Source: an uncultured archaeon (GTDB lineage: Archaea; Thermoproteota; Nitrososphaeria; Nitrososphaerales; Gagatemarchaeaceae). Taken from it: a DNA stretch of 64,000 nucleotides. Made by a program: the position numbers and the translations under genes. Shown here in pieces: positions 28,890 through 36,939 of the stretch. The notes beneath the pieces are model-generated. The model saw nothing but the letters and a program-made list of their open reading frames with translations. It was not told where the DNA came from and did not search any database. The stretch is from NCBI GenBank assembly GCA_963796425.1, contig CAWCLN010000007.1, positions 7,479-71,478 of the forward strand, given 5' to 3'. Within the stretch, counting starts at the first letter, position 1; each line of letters starts with the position of its first letter.

Positions 28890-30300
28890 CATCTGCCATC
28901 ACACCAACAGGAGGCTCCTTGTGGTCTGGATCGTTGTTGGTCTATCCCTCTTGGGGTTCGTGAATAGGGCTGATTCAGAGGGCTCTAGTCCCACAACGAT
29001 ACCTGTAAACTGCACTCCAAGTGGGGTGGCGGTCGTTCCCACAAACAACTACATCTATGTTGCATGCGAAGGTTCCGTGATTGAAATTGACAGCGCCAGA
29101 AATGCCGTAGTTGGAAGAGTCACGGTAAACGATCTTTTGCCCAGTTTTACTGATTATCTTAACCCCACTGGTATTAGCAATGGAATGGCCTATGACCCAA
29201 CTAACGACCGTCTCTTTATCGCAGATGGGAATTCCGGTACCGTGTCGGTAATCGATCTTAGAACGAACAATGTCCTAAGCAACATATCGGTGGGAGATTC
29301 TCCATTCGGGGCAGTTTACGATTCTTCGAATGGGTGCATCTACGTCGTACGCTCCGGAGGAATACTAGGCGGTGCCTCTGTTTCTGTAATCGACGGCTTG
29401 ACAAATGTCGTAATCGCAACCATAACTCCTGAAATCAATCTATTCAGAATGTACGGGCTAGCCTACGATTCAACCAATGGGTACATCTACGTCACTGGGT
29501 CCGTGTTTAGAGAGGGAGGCGAACTAGCCGGGATTGTACTTGTAATTGACGGTTCAACAAATAGCTTCCTGAACATCAACATAGCAGTAGGTACATACTT
29601 CACAGTTGCTCCCCTGGTGGCTGCCTACAATCCGACCGACAATGAGATCTATGTTGTCAGCTCTGCGGGAGGCGCATATGTGATTGACGGATTGACGAAT
29701 ACCATCGTGAAAAGCATCTCCGTGGGAGGATCCGGAGCGGCATATGACGTTTCTGACAATTACCTCTTCGTCACCAGCGGAGGTACTTCCGTGTCCGTAA
29801 TTGATTGTGCTGACGACAACGTTATAGAAACCGTGGGTCTGCCTTCAGGTAACCTTAGCGGTCTTTCAGTGAGCGGAATAGCATACAACCCTTCTAACAA
29901 GAATGTCTACGTGACCAATCCAAGTTCCAGCAGCGTGAATGTGATTGAAGGGATTACAACAGTGTCATTCAAAGAGTCTGGTTTGCCTCCAGAACTAGCT
30001 TGGTCTGTTACACTTGATGGATCGACCAAGTCTTCAACAGCCACCTCGATAAACTTCACTGTGCCTAACGGTTCCTATTCCTTTACGGTCGAAAGCATTT
30101 CAGGGTACTCTGCTAGTCCTTCGTCCGGTTCGGTTGTTGCGTCAGGGTCCGCGACAATCAAGCCCATTGAGTTCTCGTCAAGCACGGGAGGAGGCGGGAT
30201 TCCCGAGTTCCCGGTCCAGCTCGGCATGATGTTTGTAGCTACAACCGTCCTGGTGACTTCCTACGTCCTGACCAGACGCGTTAGGCTTCCGAAGCCCTGA
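28852..30300 (+). CDS. YVTN-family beta-propeller repeat protein with PEF-CTERM signal (divergent, A/T-richer paralogue)
   Basis: Blades such as 'GMAYDPTNDRLFIADGNSGTVSVIDLRTNNV'. C-terminus 'GGGIPEFPVQLGMMFVATTVLVTSYVLTRRVRLPKP'. The start is uncertain (GTG 28852, 28873 or 28921); AGGAGG at 28909-28914 precedes GTG 28921. 'TNRRLLVVW' could be a twin-arginine-like n-region. Confidence 0.8.
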   Translation: MQRKVVSVNHSISICHHTNRRLLVVWIVVGLSLLGFVNRADSEGSSPTTIPVNCTPSGVAVVPTNNYIYVACEGSVIEIDSARNAVVGRVTVNDLLPSFTDYLNPTGISNGMAYDPTNDRLFIADGNSGTVSVIDLRTNNVLSNISVGDSPFGAVYDSSNGCIYVVRSGGILGGASVSVIDGLTNVVIATITPEINLFRMYGLAYDSTNGYIYVTGSVFREGGELAGIVLVIDGSTNSFLNINIAVGTYFTVAPLVAAYNPTDNEIYVVSSAGGAYVIDGLTNTIVKSISVGGSGAAYDVSDNYLFVTSGGTSVSVIDCADDNVIETVGLPSGNLSGLSVSGIAYNPSNKNVYVTNPSSSSVNVIEGITTVSFKESGLPPELAWSVTLDGSTKSSTATSINFTVPNGSYSFTVESISGYSASPSSGSVVASGSATIKPIEFSSSTGGGGIPEFPVQLGMMFVATTVLVTSYVLTRRVRLPKP

Positions 30301-30375
30301 ACCTGCTCTAACCATCGGCCGTGGCATTGTCAAAACGGTCGATGCTCGCTCGAATGCCTTAGCGCGCGGGCGAAG

Positions 30376-31818
30376 TTATCCACATGAGAATTCTGCGGGC
30401 ACTTGGTAGGATTGCTGGTATCCACCAATGGATATTGTGCCCTGGCCACCCCCAACCATTCCACACTTGAAAAGAGCGTAGGACGGGGAGACATTAATCG
30501 TAACTGACAACGATCCGTAACCTTGGTAGCCGGAGTAGGCGGCCATGTCGTAAGGAACGAAGGGCACCAGGAAAAAGACTACAAGAAAGACCACTACAAA
30601 CAGGAGAGCAATCACCTTTCTTCTCGTGTTTGACCTGGGAGTGGGCGGTCCATTGGTTTGGTGCTGGGCTGGCTGGCCCTCAGGCGTCGCTGTCACAAGC
30701 CCCGAAGTGGATGCAGATGATGCCCCTCCGATGGACCTCGCGAGGTAGTTCAGCTCCAACCCGGAGGCTGCGAGCATCAAGCCAGCTGACACCGCCAGCA
30801 ACACTCCACCAAGCACGTATGGAATATAGCTGGTGCTTACTCCGTCAAGGAATCCGTATTGTCCCGTGAAATCGTAGGCGACTTGGTAGAGCAGATCGGC
30901 CCCGAAGAGCGCGAACCCCACGGTTGCGACGACTACGATGTACGTGGCGTACTTAGACGATTTCATGCCAATGTACAAGATTGCAGCTATCAGGGCCAGA
31001 ACCAGCCCTGCATCACCGACGACCCCCGGGAGCGGGACGAACGTAGCAATCACGTAGGGGAAGTTCTCTATCGCGTTCGTAACGAAGATCGGAGGTCCGG
31101 TTACAGTCAGGTTGGCGAAATTGAGAGCTGTCTCTCTCTGAGCGGCAATCATGAATGCAACTGCCACCAAACCCACCACCACGCCACTGACCCTCTTGCT
31201 TCCTGACGGCTTGAAATGCGACCACACGGCAATCTGAAGTACCACTGAGGAGACTATCAGGAGTATCCCGGAGTAGCCCAGGGGATCAGCAGCAGCGTGA
31301 GCGAGAACTGACCCCCCAAACCCGTAACCGCCGAAGGATTGAATGAGGGAATTGGTCAGATTAGAAGCCCAGGCAAACTCTGCGACTCCCCCAATGAGAA
31401 GGAACAGCCCGAACATCCTGAGCGCCCGCTTTGCCTGCGTCTGATTGAATTCCCAGCTTCGAGTCTTGACCCCGGTCAGAAACACGAAGATGCCACTGAG
31501 GATTAGGAAGCAATAGGCGAGCATGCCCAGCAAGGTGCCTGATATGGCGTCAGAAGGCGGTGGAACGCAATTCGGACCGATCCAATCAGGGCACCAGTTC
31601 ACCAGCAGCCCGTCAGGGAGCAACTCAACGATTACTCCGATGGCTAGGACGACAAGGCCTACTCCATACAGGACAATAGACCACCGACCCACCTTCCACA
31701 CCGTCGCGTTTGGAGTAGGAGCGGGTTTCACTACATCCTGGGAAGTGGACGTACCGACTGTCCGTTGAATGGCATCGATAGATAATCCTTTGCCAAGAGA
31801 TTCAGTGCGGGCAGCCAA
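30376..31818 (-). CDS. Polytopic membrane protein (>=10 TM) with C-terminal extracytoplasmic tail
   Basis: 480-aa strongly hydrophobic ORF with no family recognised. Confidence 0.65.
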   Translation of the reverse strand: MAARTESLGKGLSIDAIQRTVGTSTSQDVVKPAPTPNATVWKVGRWSIVLYGVGLVVLAIGVIVELLPDGLLVNWCPDWIGPNCVPPPSDAISGTLLGMLAYCFLILSGIFVFLTGVKTRSWEFNQTQAKRALRMFGLFLLIGGVAEFAWASNLTNSLIQSFGGYGFGGSVLAHAAADPLGYSGILLIVSSVVLQIAVWSHFKPSGSKRVSGVVVGLVAVAFMIAAQRETALNFANLTVTGPPIFVTNAIENFPYVIATFVPLPGVVGDAGLVLALIAAILYIGMKSSKYATYIVVVATVGFALFGADLLYQVAYDFTGQYGFLDGVSTSYIPYVLGGVLLAVSAGLMLAASGLELNYLARSIGGASSASTSGLVTATPEGQPAQHQTNGPPTPRSNTRRKVIALLFVVVFLVVFFLVPFVPYDMAAYSGYQGYGSLSVTINVSPSYALFKCGMVGGGQGTISIGGYQQSYQVPAEFSCG

Positions 31819-31873
31819 GCTGCTCCATGCGCGCGCTGAACTATTCCCTCTGGTCTTGCCGCACCGTGACTAC

Positions 31874-32224
31874 CTACTTCTTGCGACCGTAGGCCTCCAG
31901 CAAGCCAGGACCAATGTGAACTTGGTCTCTATGCGTGGAGAGCGCTTCTAAGGTATCAAAAACCTCAGTATCGATTGGGCACTTGAAACCTCGCTCGGGC
32001 ACCCTATCTGCTGGCCCTAAGTTCTTCTCCACAAAAGCTCTCAAGGATCGCGCTCGCTCTTTGAGAGACTCATCGTCCATTTTGCTGTCTATCCTGAATC
32101 TGAAGAGTTTCGTGGTCGAGTATGTCTGACTTGCTCGGCTTGCTCCGGGGGGGCTTTCGACCATATGGTGCAATGCCCCTCCTTGATTCGCTTCGAGTTC
32201 GGGCCCGGTGGGACTCGCCCCCAA
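31874..32224 (-). CDS. Small hypothetical protein with C2H2-zinc-finger-like spacing
   Basis: 'FKCPIDTEVFDTLEALSTHRDQVH' follows the F-x-C-x2-[C]-x3-F-x5-L-x2-H-x4-H spacing, but with Asp at the second Cys position. The start is uncertain; an internal M49 is possible. Confidence 0.35.
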   Translation of the reverse strand: MGASPTGPELEANQGGALHHMVESPPGASRASQTYSTTKLFRFRIDSKMDDESLKERARSLRAFVEKNLGPADRVPERGFKCPIDTEVFDTLEALSTHRDQVHIGPGLLEAYGRKK

Positions 32225-32294
32225 GCATGTCCGGAAAGTGGGTTCTATGCTAATGCTGAGATTGACAAGTTCAGCCCTATTCTGTTCATGTCTG

Positions 32295-33263
32295 CTACGA
32301 AACGCTCACGTAGAGCGTTATCTCCCCGCCGTCAGCTAGGTAAGCTACACCGGCCTGGGGCGCGATGTGCTGGGTGAACCAGGGGTTGCTGGCGGGTTCG
32401 TTGAATGTGATGATCCCCGTCGCGGCTGATGCCGTCGCATTCGCGCCCACTATTATCGTCGCCGCGTTGTAACCTTCGGAGTGACCGTCAGAGAAGTAGA
32501 TTCCAATCGACGGAAGCAGACAGAGACAGGAAACACCGCCACCAGTTCTGCCTGCCAGCATCGTGGCGTTGGTGATCGTCCACTGAGCCCCCTTTGTCGA
32601 GGGGCTTCCTAGGACGCTGCCTGCTAGTTGACTAAACGAGAAGTTGACGCCGTGGAACAGGTACCATGATAGATCGCTCATCGACGAGCCTGGGACGATT
32701 GTGACGTACCAGTACTTGGTCCCGTTGATCGTGGTCGTGGTCGTCACAGGCTGAGTCCATGTGGATCTGGTTCCGTTGATTGTTTCTGTCACTGTCGTAG
32801 TCTGAGTCTGTGTGAGCGTCTGTTTGGCAGTGGTCGTGCTATTCTTGTTCAGCGTACCAGAGGGGGGCGAGTTCAAAGCGCCCGAGCTGTACGGCGTGCA
32901 ATCGAGGTAGTTCACAGTCACCGAACCATTGACGATGTTGACGGGGACGACGGGAGTGATGTCGATGGTGTCGGTGGTGGTGATGACCGTGCCGCCCACG
33001 GTTTCAGTTCGGGTGACGATGGTGCTGTTGGCGGCGTCCGAAGCGGGCATGCCGGAATGCCAGAGGGCTGCTGTCACCGCCGCTGTCGCCAGCAAGACTA
33101 TGACGATGGCGATTCCGATGTTTCTGAGCATATGGGATTGTCCTGGGCGCCCTTGTCCCGACCGAGACTCTTTGCCGAGCCTTTCGGTGGCTTCCACGAC
33201 CCTGATGGCCTCCCTCCCCTCGTCGGTCAACCCGTAGTTGCCTTCAGAATCGGTTTTTACCAA
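32295..33263 (-). CDS. Membrane-anchored protein with Thr-rich extracytoplasmic domain; reading frame continues upstream into an ArsR-type wHTH
   Basis: TTG start at 33263. One TM 'IGIAIVIVLLATAAVTAAL'. The same frame stays open to 33500 and encodes 'ELYETLAHPTRILILQTLSDHPIGFSELKRATSIESSGNLSFHLNKLGP', with no ATG/GTG/TTG upstream of 33263. Confidence 0.6.
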   Translation of the reverse strand: MVKTDSEGNYGLTDEGREAIRVVEATERLGKESRSGQGRPGQSHMLRNIGIAIVIVLLATAAVTAALWHSGMPASDAANSTIVTRTETVGGTVITTTDTIDITPVVPVNIVNGSVTVNYLDCTPYSSGALNSPPSGTLNKNSTTTAKQTLTQTQTTTVTETINGTRSTWTQPVTTTTTINGTKYWYVTIVPGSSMSDLSWYLFHGVNFSFSQLAGSVLGSPSTKGAQWTITNATMLAGRTGGGVSCLCLLPSIGIYFSDGHSEGYNAATIIVGANATASAATGIITFNEPASNPWFTQHIAPQAGVAYLADGGEITLYVSVS

Positions 33264-33600
33264 CGGACCCAGCTTGTTCAGGTGGAAGGAGAGGTTCCCA
33301 CTGCTCTCGATGCTGGTCGCCCGCTTCAGCTCGGAAAACCCGATCGGGTGATCCGACAGCGTCTGAAGGATCAGGATTCTCGTCGGGTGTGCCAGGGTCT
33401 CGTAGAGTTCTGCCTTGTCCGATTTGAACTCATCAGTCGAATCGCCCTGGGTCGTGACAATCCCTCCGCGAACGAATGCGCAGGGCCCCGATTTAATTCC
33501 TCAGTCATTGACAGACCGGGAGACCCGCTCGGATTGGTGGTCCTCGATCGTTGACCATGTCACACCCCGGTAGGATTCGACCCCAGACTCCGATTACGTC

Positions 33601-33730
33601 AGGTTTGGGCATGTAGCTCGATAGTCCCACGGTGACCCCACGGTAGCGGGTACTGCCTTGGACCATGCCCAAACTCGAAGGAATCCCCATGCCCAAGCGC
33701 CACTTTTGGGGCTCCGCAGTTTGAGCATTC
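33601..33730. repeat. Copy 3 of the ~130-bp element (degenerate; 19-codon ORF at 33665-33724 ends in TGA)
   Basis: Layout is 'aggtttgggcatg' (33601-33613), a core 'agtcccacggtgaccccacggtagcggg', then 'catgcccaaactcgaaggaatcccc'. By eye it is about 80% identical to copy 2 over about 105 nt, in the same orientation. Confidence 0.65.
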
Positions 33731-33847
33731 TCGGGCGACCAAGCACCTGACCGCATACGCTGAAACTCAACAAGTTTAGACACCTGATTCATTAAACACA
33801 GGAGGCCGACATCAGCCCCGTCGACATCTGCTTTGCCCAACGAGGAA

Positions 33848-34156
33848 ATGACGGTGCTGAACAGGCTCCTTCAGGAGATCGAGAACGTGAAGCTGGGGCT
33901 GGACCCCGAGGTCCTCGCGGGCTGGTACAACAAGGTCGCGAGCGACGCGAAGGTGGATGCTCCGAGCTACCTGACCGATTCGATCGACGTCGTCCAGGAC
34001 CCGATCCTTCCGATGAAGTTCGAGTTCAAGACGTCGAAGCGGGCCGTCAGGTACGTCCTGGAGGCGATCGACCGGAACCTCCCGGAGATGCCGACGGCGA
34101 CGAGGCTCTACTTCCAGAAGCTGTCGGAACTGATACAGGCCGAGATGCTCCGCTAG
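33848..34156 (+). CDS. Hypothetical protein
   Basis: 102-aa ORF from ATG 33848 (the tracked ORF starts at TTG 33833). Protein-like composition; no family recognised. Confidence 0.45.
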   Translation: MTVLNRLLQEIENVKLGLDPEVLAGWYNKVASDAKVDAPSYLTDSIDVVQDPILPMKFEFKTSKRAVRYVLEAIDRNLPEMPTATRLYFQKLSELIQAEMLR

Positions 34157-34194
34157 GCTGCCGCCGGCGCTGGCCTGACGCCTTCGGGAATCAG

Positions 34195-34202
34195 CTAAAT
34201 AC
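34195..34202 (+). promoter_or_regulatory. TATA-like box for the acetate-channel gene (leaderless geometry)
   Basis: 'ctaaatac' is centred about 27 nt upstream of ATG 34226. Confidence 0.35.
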
Positions 34203-34225
34203 GCCCTGTCGGACCCGCCGTCTCA

Positions 34226-34831
34226 ATGGCTCAGAACGAGCCGCCAAAGACGGACGCGCTTCTGGCTAACCCAGCACCGCTCGGCCTCATGGCATTCGGC
34301 ATGACCACAGTCCTACTAAACCTCGCGAACGCGGGCACCATCCCGCTGGATTCGGTGGTCCTGGCGATGGGCCTCTTCATCGGAGGACTTGCCCAGATCT
34401 TCGCCGGAGCCTTCGAATTCAGGAAGGGCAACACATTCGGGATGACAGCCTTCATCTTCTACGGCTTCTTCTGGATCTCCCTTGTCTTCATCCAGATCAT
34501 CCCCAGTCTCGGGTGGGGCGCAGCCGCCGCCGCACCCACGGCAGCCTCAATCTCCGCATACCTGTTCCTCTGGGGCATCTTCAGCTTCTTCATGTTCCTG
34601 GGCACGCTCAGGCTCAACGGTTCCCTGATGCTCGTGTTCGGCACCCTCTTCATCCTCTTCTTCCTTCTCTCGGCAGGAGCTGCCTGGAACAACTCGGACG
34701 TCACGAAGTTCGCCGGGTACGAAGGGGTCCTCTGCGGGCTGAGCGCGATGTACGCGTCGATAGCGACAGTCCTGAACGAGGTCTACAGGAAGCCCGTGCT
34801 ACCCATCTTCCCAGTCAAGCCGAAGAGCTAG
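34226..34831 (+). CDS. GPR1/FUN34/YaaH-family acetate (succinate-acetate) channel, SatP-like
   Basis: Family signature 'NPAPLGLMAFGMTT' near the N-terminus, six hydrophobic helices, 201 aa. Confidence 0.85.
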   Translation: MAQNEPPKTDALLANPAPLGLMAFGMTTVLLNLANAGTIPLDSVVLAMGLFIGGLAQIFAGAFEFRKGNTFGMTAFIFYGFFWISLVFIQIIPSLGWGAAAAAPTAASISAYLFLWGIFSFFMFLGTLRLNGSLMLVFGTLFILFFLLSAGAAWNNSDVTKFAGYEGVLCGLSAMYASIATVLNEVYRKPVLPIFPVKPKS

Positions 34832-34847
34832 AGACCGACTCAGAGGC

Positions 34848-36884
34848 TTACTCTTTCTTTTCTTGACCGTGAACTATCTCGCGTATCTTCTCCACAACCT
34901 CGGCGTTGGCCAGGGTCGTGACGTCTCCGTAGTCCTTGTTCTCAGAGATTGACACCAGGATCCGGCGCATTATCTTACCCGAACGCGTCTTCGGAAGGTC
35001 CGAGACGATGTAGACGTTCTTCGGCCTGGCAATGGGTCCTAGCTCTTTGGTGACGTTGCTCTTGACTTTCTCGGCGATTTCCTTGCTCGGTTCGTAGCCT
35101 GGCTTCAGAGACACGTAGATGATGGGGATGTGTCCCCTGAGCTCATCCTCGACGGCAACGGCCGCCGCCTCTCCGACTTCGGGGGTCGTGAGAGCCGCGT
35201 TCTCGAGCTCCTTGGTCCCGAGCCTGTGGCCGGCCACCTTGATGACGTCGTCGATCCTTCCGAGGATCCTGAAGTATCCGTCGGCGCTTTCGACCGCGCC
35301 GTCGCCCGTGAGGTAGGGCCAGTCCCTCCAGTCCTTGCTTTCCTTGTTCTTGCAGTATCTCTCATAGTAGATCTGGACGAACTTGTCAGGGTCGCCCCAG
35401 ACTGTCTGCATTACTCCTGGCCACGGATTCCGGATGCAGATGTTGCCCGCCCCTTCTCCGGCTTTGACTACCCTGCCGTCTTCATCGTAGATCACCGGGT
35501 AGATCCCGGGCATACCCGGCCCGGCGCTCCCGGGTTTCATGGGCAGGATCGCTGGCAGGGTGCTGCAGAGGAATCCTCCTGTCTCCGTTTGCCAATATGT
35601 GTCGCTTATGGCGGCGTCTCCCTTCCCTATCTCCTCGTAGAACCAACGCCACGTTTCTGGCTCGATCGGCTCGCCGACCGTGGTCATGGACTTGAAGTGG
35701 AAGTCGTACTTCCGTGGCTCATCCGGCCCTGACTTCCTGAGCATCCTGATGGTTGTCGGAGCAGTGTGGAAGATGGTGACCCCGAGGCGCTCGGCTATCC
35801 TCCAGAGCCTGCCGGCGTCTGGGTAATTCGGGACTCCCTCGTACATCACGCTCGTTGCCCCGATGGCAAGGGGCCCGTAGACTATGTACGAATGACCCGT
35901 AATCCATCCGATGTCAGCGTAGCACCAGTAAACGTCTTCGGGGTGTATATCCTGCTGGTACTTCGCGGTCGCGGCCACGTAGGCGAGATACCCTCCCGTC
36001 CTGTGCTGCGCCCCCTTTGGGCGCCCGGTGGAACCGCTGGTGTACATCAGGAAGAGCGGAGCCTCTGAGTCCATCGAGACGGGGTCGATCGTCTTTCCCC
36101 TGAACTCCTTCATGAGGTCGTCGACGAAGAAGTCGCGCCCTTCGACCATCGGCACGGTGGAGATGTACTTCCCTGGGTGGCGCCTCCAGACCAGGACCTT
36201 GTCTACGGTGACTCCTGCCTTCTTCGCTTCCTCCACGGTCAGGTCTGCGTCCTTCTTCTTGTCGGACAGCTGCCCGTTCCTGTAATAGCCATCGCAGGTG
36301 ACCAAGACATGGCTTCCAGAACCGACGATCCTCTCCGAGGCGGCTCTCGCGCTGAATCCTCCGAAGACTTCGTTGTGGATGATCCCAAGCCTCGCGCATG
36401 CGAGCATGGAGATTGGGAGTTCTGGGGTCATGGGGAGATGGAAGGTGACTCTGTCGCCCGTCTTGAGGCCGAGCGACTTTAGGACAAGGGCAAACTCATT
36501 GACCTTCCTGTATAACTCCTGATAGGTTATCACCTGGTAGGGCTCATCCTCCGGCTCCGGAACCCAGATTATCGCTGCTTTGTTCCTGTACTTCTCGAGG
36601 TGCCTATCAACGCAGTTGTAGGCCGCGTTCAGCTTGCCTCCGACGAACCATTTCCAGAACGGAGGGTTGCTCGTGTCCAGCGTCGTGTGAAACGGCTTAT
36701 CCCAGGTCAGGACCGCTGCGTATTCTCTATAACATTCGGGGAAATCCTTCTCACTGAACCTCTTGTAAATGTCAGGGTCGGCCATATTCGCCTGTTTCAC
36801 GAACTTGGCAGGCGGGTTGATCATCGCCTCTTCTTTCCAGTGAACGCCAATCTTCGACTCCATCTCCTTACCTATCTCTGTCAT
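34848..36884 (-). CDS. acs: Acetyl-CoA synthetase (AMP-forming)
   Basis: 678 aa with 'YTSGSTGRPKG', 'WWQTETGG'-like 'YWQTETGG' and a C-terminal 'SGKIMRR' containing the regulatory Lys. Confidence 0.95.
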   Translation of the reverse strand: MTEIGKEMESKIGVHWKEEAMINPPAKFVKQANMADPDIYKRFSEKDFPECYREYAAVLTWDKPFHTTLDTSNPPFWKWFVGGKLNAAYNCVDRHLEKYRNKAAIIWVPEPEDEPYQVITYQELYRKVNEFALVLKSLGLKTGDRVTFHLPMTPELPISMLACARLGIIHNEVFGGFSARAASERIVGSGSHVLVTCDGYYRNGQLSDKKKDADLTVEEAKKAGVTVDKVLVWRRHPGKYISTVPMVEGRDFFVDDLMKEFRGKTIDPVSMDSEAPLFLMYTSGSTGRPKGAQHRTGGYLAYVAATAKYQQDIHPEDVYWCYADIGWITGHSYIVYGPLAIGATSVMYEGVPNYPDAGRLWRIAERLGVTIFHTAPTTIRMLRKSGPDEPRKYDFHFKSMTTVGEPIEPETWRWFYEEIGKGDAAISDTYWQTETGGFLCSTLPAILPMKPGSAGPGMPGIYPVIYDEDGRVVKAGEGAGNICIRNPWPGVMQTVWGDPDKFVQIYYERYCKNKESKDWRDWPYLTGDGAVESADGYFRILGRIDDVIKVAGHRLGTKELENAALTTPEVGEAAAVAVEDELRGHIPIIYVSLKPGYEPSKEIAEKVKSNVTKELGPIARPKNVYIVSDLPKTRSGKIMRRILVSISENKDYGDVTTLANAEVVEKIREIVHGQEKKE

Positions 36885-36939
36885 GCTAAGCGTGCGCCTC
36901 GACGAGGCAGATAAAATGATTGCCCCGAAGTCGTTCGGT

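Noticed and set aside
22067-30300. Considered whether the regularly spaced repeats in this region could be a CRISPR array or other non-coding tandem array.
   Set aside because: The ~123-nt periodicity corresponds to 41-aa YVTN blades within long ORFs. There are no short identical direct repeats separated by unique spacers, and no cas genes.
33505-33840. A 111-aa minus-strand ORF covering element copy 3.
   Set aside because: Its composition is Trp/Arg/Gly-rich with no homology signal. It spans the repeated element, whose copies elsewhere are not in an equivalent ORF. It is more likely non-coding.
35105-36522. Multiple ORFs of 60-200 aa in other frames and on the opposite strand inside acs. 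The same pattern occurs inside the radical-SAM gene (16667-17008, 16764-17006) and the SQR-like gene.
   Set aside because: They are nested in confidently identified genes. They are Arg/Pro/Gly-rich, as is typical of off-frame ORFs in GC-rich coding DNA.
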